Position numbers and translations under genes: made by a program | Assembly: GCF_048593235.1 (NCBI RefSeq) | Contig: NC_133621.1 | Location: forward strand, 91,193,148 to 91,257,147 | Length of the DNA: 64,000 bases | Direction: 5' to 3' | DNA from: Sminthopsis crassicaudata | Lineage: Eukaryota | Part shown: positions 25,000 to 37,465 of the stretch, one piece after another | Layout of the letters: the number at the start of each line of letters is the position of its first letter | Position numbering within the stretch: position 1 is the first letter of the stretch | Notes under the pieces: model-generated | Seen by the model: only the letters and a program-made list of their open reading frames with translations | Told to the model about the DNA's origin: nothing | Database searches by the model: none

Positions 25000-26520
25000 T
25001 GTCACCAGCAAATAGGATTATTGTGGTCTCCTCTTTGCTTGTCTTTTTGCCTTGATTATCTTTTTAATCTTTGCTCTTTTTAGCACATCTAAAACTATAT
25101 CAAATAACAGTAGAGAAAGGGGCATTCTTGATTTACTCTTTTTATTTACTATGAAACCCAGAAATTTTCAGTTGCATACAGATTGTAGTTTTTGATAAGG
25201 ATAAGATAGGAATAGGAACTATGTGGCTATGCTTTGCATAATTTTTTTTTTTAATATAAATGAGTGTTGTTGTCAAAGTTTTTTTTTTTTTTTTTTCTTT
25301 TTCACTTGCATCTACTGGTCTAATCATATTATTCTGGATGTTTTGTTGTGTTTCCTAATGTTGAATGATTTATTGAATCTTCAGAATAAATCCAATTTGA
25401 TTTTAGTGAATGTTTGGGGGAATTTATTGTTGTAGTCTTTTCTGCCAGATTTTAATTGAAATTTTTGAATATATATTCATTAATTATATTGATCTATAGT
25501 TTTTACTTTAAGCTTGCCTAATTTATGCATTAGAGCTACATTTAGCTTATAAAATGAGTTTAAGTGTTTTCTCTCTCAATTTTTGAGACTAACATAGTAT
25601 GGATATTAATTATTCAAGAGTTTGAGGGAATTTTGCCTATAAATGCATCTTTTTTTTTGGAAGTTAATTTTGAGCTACTTCCATTTTCTTTTCTGAAGTA
25701 GGAGTAGGATCTCAATCTGATATTTTGTTAATTGGGGTATTTTGAGCCTTTTGGTGCTAATCTTTTCTTTAAAATTTTTCAGTTTTCCTGGTATAAAACT
25801 ATCAATAGTAAAATGCTGATAATTTTATTTTTTCTGCTTGTTGTGACCACCTTGTTCATATTTTTATAATGTTGATTTTTTTCTTTCTCCTAATCAGGTT
25901 AGCTAAAGTTTTATCATTTTTGTTAGTTTTTTAAAAATAACTATTGTTTACTGTGTATCAGTTCTATAATTCAGGAGTTTTTTTTTTTTTTTTTTTTTTT
26001 TTTGATTTGGTTTGGTTTTCCTGTTCTACTTCTACTTTAATTTTCAAATTTCCCTCTTTTATACTTATTTTGAATTTGTTGAGTTAAAACTTTTGCAGTT
26101 CATGAGTTCTGTTTTTCTATTTTGCTAATATATGTATATATATTCTTAGAAATTTATTTTATCTTCTATGTTGCTTTAGCCAAATCCCAGAAATTATGGT
26201 ACATAATCATTATCATTCTCTTTTATATAATTATTTTTATTTTTTCTTTTCATTATTCAAGATGCCATTATTATGTATGTCTTTGCTTAGGTTTCTATAT
26301 ATTGTTTGTGTTCCCCCCTGCATTAATCACCATTTTAATTTTGTTATCTGTAAAGGATATGTTTAGCATCTTTAATTTTTCTTATTAATTAATAATAATT
26401 ATTATTAACTTATAACTTCTCTGTGCATTAATACATGGTTATAGTTTTTGTAAAAATGTTGAGAACTATATGCATTTCTTTATTTTCCCACATGGAGGTT
26501 CTTTAAATCTTTCATTCTGC
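25000..26520 (-). mobile_element. Old degraded L1 (antisense)
   Basis: Long T-rich stretch with L1 ORF2-like antisense motifs (gagaaaggggcattcttg, ttttcatttgcatctact, ctgccagattttaattg). Confidence 0.6.
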
Positions 26521-26559
26521 AAGATAATTTTGAGCTATTCCTGAAAAGTTCCTAAATGG

Positions 26560-27110
26560 TTTACGCCTTTTGAAGAGATAGCACTATTTGGCCTATATGT
26601 AGGTATAGAGAGGGGAAAAGGATCCATACATATATCAGCTCTTTTTGTTAGAGCAAAGAACTAGAAAATAAAAGATGTGTACATCAGTTGGAGAATGGCT
26701 GAAGATGTTAATATGAATGTAATAGAATATTCCTGCATTTTTAGAAATAAAAGAAACAGTTTCATAGAAACCATGGAAAATTCATATGAATTCATACAGA
26801 GTAAAGTAAACAGAATTAGAAGAACAACTTTAAAAAAACAATACTGTCAAAAAAAAAAAACTACTTTTGACTCAAGAACTCTGAATGGAATGACCGACCA
26901 CAATTAAGGAGGCCAGATGAAGAAGCATGAAATCGTCTTCCTGACAAAGAGATTATGGAATCAAAGTACAGAATGAGACATACATTTTCAGATACATCCA
27001 ACTGGGAATTTGTTTTGACTAAACATTTTTAATAAGAGTTAATATTTCTCTTCCTTCCTTCCTTTTTCCTCTTCTATCTTTCTACAATTTAGAAAAGGGG
27101 AAGGTAGTTG
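26560..27110 (+). mobile_element. Old L1 3' end (sense)
   Basis: catcagttggagaatggctgaa...atgaatgtaatagaata...agtaaagtaaacagaattagaagaaca are L1 3'-end motifs. Confidence 0.6.
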
Positions 27111-29871
27111 AGGGGGAAGGGGAGGACAACTGGCACAAAGGTCCAAAAAAGATAAAAGGGTCATTGAAGCCACTTTTTAACACAGACACACACACACACA
27201 GGCACACAAAGGAAGGTCAGAAGGAAATACAGGCAAGGGTAGCTTTGAAAGTTACATGCTAGATTATTAAAAGGAGGGAGAAAAAGCTATATGGAATGGA
27301 AATTGTTTTAGAAACTAGACTCTTTTTCTGTTCTATTTTAAATATGAAAATGATCATTTTATTTGATGCTTAAGTTCAGAATAAAAACAAAATAAAATGT
27401 TTCTTTTCATTCCTAAGATCCTATGAATATTAAGATGGGGATATAAAGAGAGAGAAACTTATTCACCAAACCTCCCAAATCTTCAAAGACTTCAAAGTTT
27501 CAAATAACCCAAAAGAAGTTCTACTTTGTTCATCTGAAGGTTGAATTATTGGAAGAGAGACACACACAGAGGCAGAGACCAACAGACAGAAAGAGAAAAG
27601 GAGGGAAGTTAGAGTGTGTAAAGAAACAAAAAGGCCAGAGTTTGCATTCCTAGATAATAGATGCCTAAGTTGAATATTCAAAGAAATGCTACATGTTCAA
27701 GATCTACTCTTAACCCATGAAGACATTTATGAAATTTGATGTCTGGCCTCATGGACAGAATCCTTACCCATAAGAACTGATCTTTCAGAGAACTAATTTT
27801 GTTCTGATATAAATAGTGGAACTAGGAAGCAAAAGAGAAAAGGGTAAAGGAATACCATACTCAAGGTGGAGGAAACAGTAGGAAGAATAAAAAGAGATGG
27901 GGAGTTAGAAGGAATTCTAAATACCATCTACAGATGTGGAGAAAAGGAAGATTTGTATGTGCCTTGTTGAAAACAGGAAATCTGAGGAATGGCCAAAATC
28001 AAGACCTTGCTCCCTGAATCAGCCTTAACTATCCATGCACTTCCCTCCTGATAGTTTGGTGGTTCCCATTCTCTTATTCTTCTACCTTTTCCCTACACAT
28101 CTAACAGCATCCTCCATCAGGCCTACACCACCACTATCCTGATCTCCATCCATATCTTATACTCTCGGAGTTAGGTAACAAAGGAAAGAATCCCAAATGC
28201 TCCCAACACAGATCACTAGCCAGTGACTGTCCTGAACCTGTTAACAGCTGAAGTTAAATGCAACCCTGTAGGATGGATCAGGCCAAAAATCACAGAATGA
28301 GGCTACCAGAACTCTGGTTTTCCAGATAAAATGTCCTCAGATCAAGAAAGTGCGATAGCTCATAGTAATCACCCACCAGGCACCGGAATCTCTTTTTAGC
28401 ACTACCCCCCCACTCCACCCCAGCTTAAACCTCCTCTACTCCCACATCCTTCCCCACCATTCGTAGAATCTTTTTAGGAGGGCCAGGCCCACAGACCATT
28501 ATTCGTGATCTCCCTAGGCAGACTATCCCAGCACCCAAGCCAAACCCAGCTCCTCAGACTAGTCCCAACCTCCCACCCCATTCCATTCCTCCCGCCCCTT
28601 TCCCCCTTAGGAGGAGGCCTCAGCCCAGGGGCCAGCTCCAAGGCAGCTGCCATGGAAACGCCTGGAAAGATCACAAAGGGACTGTGGCAGGCACTGTACA
28701 CCAAGGAGAGGTCTGGGGGATGAAGAGGAAACAAAGGGGCTTTATGTTCAGAAGGGATGGCAAGGGCCAGGCACACGCTAGGGCAGTGAGGGCTGCTGGA
28801 GTGTGGCAGGAGGGCATGGGGTTGGGAGTGGGGCAGAGAAAGACTGCTCTCCTAGACTGGTCAGTACAGGCCCCAAAGGTATAAGGAAATGAAATGGACG
28901 AGGCAGGAAGTCTTGACTCAGTCACACCCACCTTTCTGAGTTTGTTTCTCTGATTGGACCACATCCTTCCTTAGAGCCGACCCCTTCTTTCTGTCCTGCC
29001 AAGGTGCAGGCCACCAACCAGCCACCAACCAAGCCAACAGACAGGATGGGATATTAGATTAAATGTCAGCTTTTACTCTCCAACTGTACCCTCAAATTAA
29101 AAAAAAAAAAAAAAAAAAAAAGCAAGAGCTGTTATTCCCCACGAAAAAGAGCCTCTTCATCCTATTTTCAGACCCCACACCCAAATTTCTGTTCTGCCAT
29201 CCTTCCCTGAGGAAACTACCAGAGACTGTGAACTTTTCTCTAGTTCCTCAATCCCTCCCTTCACACCTGTACTCCTTCCTCCAGGTCTTCCCTGCATCTA
29301 GCAAGCTCCCCTTTCTCAGTCAATCCAAATCCTAAGACATCTTTCCATAAGATCTAGCTCAAGTCTCACCCCCTCCAGGAGAGGATCTTGCTTCCTCCCC
29401 TTCCATGTCAGCATTTACTGGGGGAAGTATAAGAACAGGCCCACATTTCTGGTCTTAAATATCCAACTAGATCCTAAATTCCCTAAGTGCAAGGGCTCTG
29501 TATGTGGTCCTCTGAACGGAGCAAATGCAAGAGGGATTAAAGGTTACTTCTGCCCCGCCCCTTCGCCCCACCCCCCATGACGGAGAAGGAGTATATGTTC
29601 ACATGGTTATTGGGGATGGGGACCCGGGCTGACAGCCGGGTGACTAGAGGCCACACCATCATCCCTATCTTTTTTGTTAATGAATGTGTGCCTGCGTGCG
29701 TGCGTGTATGCATGTGTGTGCGTGTGCACGAGTGTGGATGTATGTGTGCTCTCATGCGCAAGCGCTTAGCCCTGGAGCTCTGACCTGTCACTCTCACCCC
29801 ACCCCCACATTCAAGGCTGCCTCAGGGGTCTCACTCGGGGGAAACTCTGGCCCCGTTAGAATCTAGTGTTT

Positions 29872-29873
<2 letters not shown>

Positions 29874-29912
<39 letters not shown>
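29874..29912. repeat. (CA)n microsatellite
   Basis: About 19-20 uninterrupted CA units. Confidence 0.95.
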
Positions 29913-29915
<3 letters not shown>

Positions 29916-30099
29916 TATAAACACAGCACCTATACACCAACAGGATCGTGGGAAGAGGGTCGGAAGTGGCCTAGCTGAAAGCGGTGTCCCACCGTCTCAC
30001 TTTACAGCTCAGGAAACTGAGGCCCAGGGAGGGGGAGTGGCTCGTCAAGGTCACGCTAAAGCCATCAGTGGCCGGGCCGGACTCGAGCCCGGACTCTGG

Positions 30100-30750
30100 A
30101 CGCTGCTAGCTCCGAATGCTAGGAGCCCGGGAAACTCTACGTCGAGGGCTCTTTGCACTTGACACCATTCCACGCAGAGGGGCAGACGCGCAAAAACAAA
30201 CAGGGCCACGGCTCACGCGGCCCCAAATGCTCACACAAGCACGCACGAGCACCAGACACACGCAGATCAGTCCACGCGCGCGTGCACGCCCCACAACGAG
30301 TCCCTGGGGAGGCCCCCGCGGTCACGTGCATACGAAGTGGCCGGGCGGGTCGGGGGACGGGCAATGCTGTTACCTGATCCGAACCGGTCAGGCCAGCGCC
30401 GGCGGGGGAGGGAGGGCGAGGCCGCCGAGGCTCGTCCGAGGGGAGAAGCTGCAGCCGTGGAATGAAGCCCCCGAGAGAAGCAGGCTCCTCCCCGCACTGC
30501 AGGAGCCGGGATTGGCTGCCTCCCGGGGCTGCCCACCCCGGCCCGGGGGCCTGACCTATGACAGAGCGGCAGGCCGGGCCACGGCCCACCCCCGCCAGCT
30601 TATTGGCTGGCTTCTAGAGAGTCGACTCCACCCAGAGCCAGCTGGGAGCGCGCCCCCCTCACTCCCACCCTTATCCCCCGACCAACTTTCCCACTGGGAA
30701 CTTTGGCTGGATCCAGTCGGCTGCAGACTATGGAGGGGGAAAGCTTAGTC
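30100..30750 (-). promoter_or_regulatory. ZNF775: CpG island / proximal ZNF775 promoter with non-coding first exon ending at 30374
   Basis: CpG-dense. Two minus-strand CCAAT boxes (about 30510 and 30603), donor CAG|GTAACA at 30374/30373, E-box GTCACGTG at about 30320. Confidence 0.7.
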
Positions 30751-33700
30751 AAGGTTGTCGGGAGCCCTTGGGTTGTTTCCAAAGATTGTGATGGGGATGG
30801 ATTTCTTCATCCCCCTTTATCCAGGCTGAGTCTCTGGGAAGGTCCCTCCGGAGAGGGCTTTTAGAAGTCGGGAATCCTGGGTCCTCACCCCTGGAAGACT
30901 TAGCCTTTAGGGGATCATCTGCAACTGATCTATCTGGTTGTATGGTGTCTTCCTCCTTAGGTGGTTAAGTTCCTTCATAGGAGGAGTTTTCTTTTGTCTC
31001 TTTGTATCCCTAACACTCTGAGTACTGTGCCTGGCACATAGTAGGTGCTCAATGTTAGGCTAACGTCTTGTTGCCTCTTCTAAATAGCTGTCTCAATAAA
31101 TGAAGATAAATGATACTGTAAGGACCAATGAGATATCCCTTATGACAATATTCCAAAGTGCTACGCAAAGTATGAATGCTTCTTATGAATGAGACCAAAT
31201 CTGTCTAAAAGCAAACGATATCTACATGATCTAAGTTCCTAAGCTTATACCCCTCCATCCCTATCGCACCCCCCAAAAAAACACTCCTAGATTAATGGTC
31301 ACTTTCACAAAAGTAGCAAAACTTCTGTAATTTAGAAAGTCTGTAAGAACAGTAAACAAAGTGAATACCTACAAATTAGAGAATAGCGAAAAGAAATTGT
31401 AGCACATGAATTTAAAGGAATATTTTGTTGCTTCTGAGAAGCAACAAATGAGCTATTCAAAGAAACATGAGAAGGCTAACATGAATTGATACAGAATATA
31501 AAGTAAGCAGATGGAAGAAAAAAATATATAACAATGTAAATTAAAAGGATTAAAATAAAACTAAAAGTTGCATAATTATGACCCAAGCTTGCCACTTCCT
31601 TTAGGTGGAGGGATGGGGGGGTCTATGGAAGTAGAATGTTGAATTTAGGGTATGAATTCCATTTGCTTTGGGTTTTTTAATCTTAATTAAAAGGGAAAGC
31701 TCATTCTGTAAAGAAGGAAGAAGCGAAAGATATATTTACAAATAAATGTGATATAAAAATAAAAGACATCAACAAAACTTTAGTGACTTTCTGGGGCCCA
31801 AATATTCACACTAATGCCAACCTAATGCTGACTGATACCACCCTTAACTCTTTGCTTGTCCTTCACAGACAGACCTGTAGTACTGGATTAATTACCCTAC
31901 AAACATCACTTTATCAGGTCACTATTCCAATTAGAAAGTTTCCCATTTCCTATAAGATAAAGTCCAAAGTCCACAAGTGGACAATTACATGTCACAGAAA
32001 GATGAACTTTCATGAAGATCTGAGTTTAAATTCCTCCGTATTAAAAAAAAGAACACTCCAAACCAAACATTTAAACTTTCTAAGCCTGATTTTCTTTTTA
32101 TATAAAATGAAAAATAATCATATATCATGTATAACCCGTACATCACAGTATTGTGGTGAGAACCAAAAGAAATAATGTACACAAATTGCTTTGTAAATTA
32201 TAGTAGTGTTATTTAAATGTCAGCTATGATTACAAATGTATATTGGTGATGGCATTCAAGGAACTCCACCAATCTGGGCCAAACTTACCTTTACAATGTT
32301 ATCTCTAAGTTTCACTCAGGATGATGAGGTTCAGGATGACACCATTCAAAACAGGAGTCATGGAAATTATGACAAATTTATAATTCCCTGTTGGAAAGTA
32401 TGATTATTGACAAGAAAAGATCACAGACAAAATCCAAATATGATTTTGTGAAATATTTTGGGAAGGGGCTATTTTTACAGCAGAAAAATGGAAGAAAAAA
32501 AACAGAAAAGAGTTGGGGAAATAAAGGATGTATTTAAGGAATTCGGGAGGAGTTCTGGAGATGGCCGCTCAAGTGGATTAAGGAATTTTCGCCTTAGGGA
32601 GAGGACAAAATGGCTTGAATTCCCATCAATATCAAATACAAACCTTCCAAGTCAGTCCAGTCTCTTCAAAGTGCTCCAGATTGCCTTCTATAATGATTTT
32701 CTCTCGGTCTCTATCTCTCTTTCCTTCTCCCCCCCTTTCTCTCTCCTTCCCTCCGGAGATTCATTTAATCCTTTGTACCTCAAAGGCTTTTTCAAAATAA
32801 TAATAAGCAGTTTTTTGGCAGAATGACAAGATCACTGGACTAGAAGTTAGGAAACCCTGAATCTAACTTTGCCATTAGAATGGACCTCAGGGTCAGCTAA
32901 TCTGACTCCTAATCACTTGCCCAAAGACTTTGGCCTGAAGAGATTAGATAAAACACTCTCTTAAAACCCTTTCCAACTCTAAAATGCTATTAATTTAACA
33001 AAGTACTCATGGGAGGGGTAAGTTTTTGCCAACTAACATATCTATTCTTCGGAGAACAAAACAAGAGGTGAAGAGAGCAATGATTCCAGAAAGAGAAGGT
33101 GGGGATGGAAACATGCTGTAAAGAGTGACTGGGAAGGTTCCAGAGACATTTCTTCACAGTTTTCTAGTGGGTGGATTATATTGTTTGGGCCACATCTATA
33201 CAAACTGCCCTGAGACTAAATCATTCTCCCGGTGGAACAGAACAGGTAGAGGGGCCAATTAGAATAACCTCCCTGTAATAATAACCTATGAAAGGATAGG
33301 AACAAGGTGATTTTAAAAGTCCTTTCCACTTGCAATATTTTATAATTACTTCTGTTTGAGCCAAAAATAGACTATGCTTTCCTACCAAATCTAGCTTTTG
33401 TATAAAACTTGAGAGAAGACTGTAATCAGTGTTATTTTCACTGTGTAGATATGTGGGGTTTTTGGATTTTTTTTTTATCCTTTGAAGATCTCGTGTAGTC
33501 TATATTTGCAGCAAATATGGTATTTGGCATCATGTATCTAAGAGAACAGTATGAAACTATCATTAGAACATGGTTTCTAAGCTTTGAACACTAGCAAGTG
33601 GGGGAATGATGTAACAAAACCATTCTTCATCTCTGTTTTGGTCATCCTCAGAACCTCAAAGTTTTGCTACTTGGATATTAGAGCCCAGAATTCTTGAGAA

Positions 33701-34159
33701 CTGAGCCATGTTTCATGGTCTTCCCTCCAGAGTCTCTTGGGATATGAAGATCATCTTTCCAGAACCTTTCTAGCATCAATGACAGCATCAGTGATGGAGT
33801 CTCTCCTTGCATTAGCATTTTCAATACTGCTATGTTCAAGGCTTCTTTCTTGTAGGAAGCCTCAGATTCTAAACAGCTTATTGATGGAGGCTGTCATCCA
33901 CAGGCCCCAAATGGAGCCTGTATTAATTAATATCACTTACTGACTTTTATCTACCTTCATGAAGGTAGCTGGTAAGCAGTTCTGATAACCTAGAGTTATT
34001 TTTTGATAGGGGATGTGACACATTAGAGTGTGAGCCCTCTTAACACACTAGTGAAACACTCAAGAAAAGAGAGATAATTTCCCCAGACTTTCTGGTACAC
34101 TGGGTCATGTTTAAGTTTTGTTTCCTCAGTCAGGTACTGCTTATCTCCAGAGTCCACAA

Positions 34160-34162
<3 letters not shown>

Positions 34163-34190
<28 letters not shown>

Positions 34191-34281
34191 GAGAAGGTGG
34201 CTATACTGGGTCTCCTCTTTATTTTTTTTTTCCTGAGGCTGGGGTTAAGTGATTTGCCCAGGGTCACACAGCTAGGAAGTG
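34163..34281 (-). mobile_element. 5'-truncated WSINE1 3' half plus extra 3' sequence, flanked by a 15-bp TSD
   Basis: TSD CAGAGTCCACAATTA at 34148-34162 and 34282-34296. Insert contains CACTTCCTAGCTGTGTGACCCTGGGCAAATCACTTAACCCCAGCCTCAGG plus an A-tract. Confidence 0.9.
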
Positions 34282-34734
34282 CAGAGTCCACAATTAGAAG
34301 CAACGGGTAGAATTTACAGAAAGGTAGATCTCAGTTTAACATAAAGGACTTCCTAACAATTAGTCCCAAAGTGTTCTACATGACCTGAGATGGTCACAGG
34401 GTTCTGTCAGTGGAGGTCTTCTAGCAGAAAATGGCTAATCACCAGGGATGATGAAAAAGGAATTACAGATCCTGTTAAGATTGGATCAAATTATTCCCAA
34501 AGTTCCTTTGAATTGAGCCCAATTATGGTGAGAAAGCACTTAGTTCAAATCCCTTTTACATACACAGAGGCCCAAAGAAGCTATCTGTTTTAAGTTTACA
34601 TAATTGGCCACAACAGAGTCAGGATTCTGCTTATTGTGCAAAAGAGTGTGATATATTCAGGCTTTTCCCCAAGAAGAGTGAAAGTCTGCTGAGGAGAGCT
34701 ACTATGCCTTTTCCCTTGTTTCTCTTTATCCAAA

Positions 34735-35590
34735 GTTACCAGTATATAAGAAAACTGGGACACTAATGCACTGTTGGTGGAGTAATAAAGTGATCCAGTC
34801 ATTCTGGAGAGCAATTTGAAACTGTATCAAAAAGGTAACCAAACTGTGCATTTTGACCCAGCAATACTAGGTCTGTATCCTAAAGAGATAGTAAAAAAGA
34901 AAAATTGTGGTATATGAATGTAATGTAATATTATTGTGCTATAAGGAATGATTTCAGAAAAACATGAAAAGGCTTACATGAATTGCTGAAATAAGCAGAA
35001 CCAGGAGAACTTTGTACACAGTATCAGCAATACTGTGAGGTGATCAACTACGAATGACTGCTCTTTTCAGCAATATAATGACCCAAGACAATTTCAAAGA
35101 ACTCATTATGTAAAATGTTATCCACATATAGAGAAAGAACTAATGGAGTCTGAAGGAAGATTAAAACATACTGTTTTTACTTTTGTGTGTATGTGGGTTT
35201 TTTGTGATTCTTATTTTCACAACATGACTAATATGGAAATATGTTTTACATGATTGCACATAACCTATATCAAGTTGCTTACTGTTGGGAATGGGGAGAA
35301 GAGGAAGGGAGAAAAGTTTGGAACTCAAATTTTAAAAAAAAATTGTTAAAAATCATCTTTTACAATTCAGTGGTCCTCAAACTTTTTAAATAGGGGGCCA
35401 GTTCACTGTTCCTCAGACTGTTGGAGGACCGGACTGTAGTAAAAACAAAAGCTCACACTCTGTCTCCGCCCCTCAGCCCATTTACCATAAGCCAGCGGGC
35501 TGTATAAATATCCTCAGCAGATCCCTTAGTTTGAGAACCCCTGTTTTACATCTTTACATCATCTTTATTGGGAAAAAAAAAATGCTATTC
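34735..35590 (+). mobile_element. L1 ORF2 end / 3' UTR, interrupted by a hAT MITE
   Basis: ggacactaatgcactgttggtggag...cattctggagagcaattt...ttgacccagcaatactaggtctgtatcctaaagag are L1 motifs. Confidence 0.8.
35368..35543 (+). mobile_element. Non-autonomous hAT (Charlie-like, OC1-like) MITE, 176 bp
   Basis: TIRs CAGTGGTCCTCAAACT / AGTTTGAGAACCCCTG match at 14 of 16 positions. The right flank TTTTACAT is echoed imperfectly on the left (TTTTACAAT). The family name is from recall. Confidence 0.8.
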
Positions 35591-36690
35591 AAAAATGCTA
35601 AATTATCAATGATCTCTTAATTCAAATCTAATAGTTACTTTTCAGTCCTTACTCTTCTTGACCTCTCTACAAGCCTTTGACAAAGTCAACTACTTTTTTC
35701 TCCTTCATATACTCTTCAGCTTGGGACAATTCTGGTTAAAGTAGCTTTTTATTGAATTGAATTCTCTTGGTTTTTATGATACTGCTCTTTCCTGGTTCTC
35801 CTCCTAGCTATAAGATTGCTCCTTCTTTGCCTCCTTTATTGAATCTTCAGATTACTTACCACTGTTGGTTCCCAAGGCTATATTCCTAGGCCCTCTTTCC
35901 TTTGAGCTGTATACAATTTAATTTGGTGAGATCTCATGGGTAAAAGTGGTTTCAACTATCATATCTATGCAGATGATTTTAAGATCTACCCATTTAGACT
36001 TAATCTCTCTACTGACCTAGAATCTCATATCTCCAACTTCTAAAACTGGATATCTCATAAACATCTTGAACTGATCATGTCCAAAACTGAACTTAATAGT
36101 CATGCCCCAAAACCTTTCATCTTTCTTAATTTCCCTGTTACTGTCAAGGACACCACTACCCTTAACTCTCTCATATTCCATAAGCAAACTGTTGCCAATT
36201 CTACCTTTGTAACACCTCTCCTGATGCTGCTTACACTCTAATGAAAGCCCTCATTACCTGTACTACTGCAACAGCATTCTGGTCTCAACACCTTGAATCT
36301 TTCCCCCCTCCTGTCCATTCTGCACTTAGCTGCCAAAATGATATTGTAAAGCACAGGTCTGACCATTTACGTCTCTTTATATTCAATAAATTTTGGTGGC
36401 TACTATATGCAGGATCAAATATAAAATCTTTTTGGCTTTTAAAGCTTTTCATAATTTAACCTATCTTTGACCCTTTTTAATCTTTTTTTCCCCCTCCATG
36501 TACTCAAGATCCAGTGACACTAGCCTTATTTTTATTCTTACTAAGAAGACATGTCTCTCCAAACTACATTTCCACTGGCTATCTCCCATGCCTGGAATTG
36601 TCTCCCTCCTGGTTTCTTTTCAAGTCTGAACCAAAATGCCACTTTCTGCAAGAAGCCTTTATCAGTCCCTGTCCACCTAAATAAACACCA
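35590..36690 (+). mobile_element. L2 fragment
   Basis: L2 motifs: ctctacaagcctttgacaaagt, catatctatgcagatgatttt, ctcatatctccaact, gctatctcccatgcctggaat. Confidence 0.7.
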
Positions 36691-37189
36691 GCTCAAGGCT
36701 CAGTACTTTAAAGTGAATATAAGTGTGAGATAATTTATTGTTCTTGTTCATCTGGAAAAGGCCTTAGAAATTAACTCAGGTCCAAAAGAAAAAAGACTAG
36801 GCAAGTAAGATTTCTTATCACTGCATAAACTCAGTAAACCATGTGTTATCTACTCAAACACTTAGTTTTATTTAAGTTTTCTGTACTTACCTGTTAATAG
36901 TGTTCACCAGTCTCACTCCACTGACTGTTTAGCCATGCCTATTCCCCAGTACTTCTAATTTGTGCTAATGGGAAGATTTTCTTGTTGGTCCTAAAAATAA
37001 GGGCAAAGGACCAGTTGGCAATCGGGATAGCCTGAACCATTGGGTAACTGAAGATTGAGCTCCCTCAGTTCTGGGCTAATTATGCCCCATGGTCTGAGGC
37101 AGGATTTGGCAAACTTTGGCTAGAGGACCACATTCCACCTGTCAAAACTACTTTTATAGATGTAAAAGTCGTTCCTAAATGAGTGTAAA

Positions 37190-37465
37190 CTGTGAGCATT
37201 TTTTTTTTGTTTGTTTTTCTTCCCAGATTATTTTTACCTTTGCAACAACAACAAAATTTAGTTCTGCACATATATATTGTACCTAGGATATACTATAAGA
37301 TATTTAATATGTATGGGGAATGCCTGCCATCTAGGGGAGGGGGTGCAGGGGAGGGGAAAAATTCAGAACAGAAGGGAGTACAAGGGATAATGTTGTTAAA
37401 AAAAAAATTTACCTATGCATATGTACTGTCAAAAAAGTTATAATTATAAAATTAATTTAAAAAAT
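37190..37465 (+). mobile_element. Young L1 3' UTR end
   Basis: ctgcacatatatattgtacctaggatatact...gccatctaggggagggggtg...gggataatgttgtt... plus an A-rich tail. It is the sense version of the 3' end seen at 23821-24050. Confidence 0.85.

Noticed and set aside
28474-28776. Minus-strand ORF with acceptor-like ctttccag| followed by ATG GCA GCT GCC
   Set aside because: No good donor and no similarity to ZNF775 N-termini; cannot be supported.
30116-30748. 210-aa and 150-aa ORFs in the ZNF775 CpG island
   Set aside because: Stop-poor GC-rich sequence giving low-complexity Arg/Gly/Pro translations.
34160-34190. (ATT)n tract as a REPIN1/RIP60 binding site
   Set aside because: RIP60 does bind ATT repeats, but this tract is simply the decayed tail of the TSD-flanked insertion.
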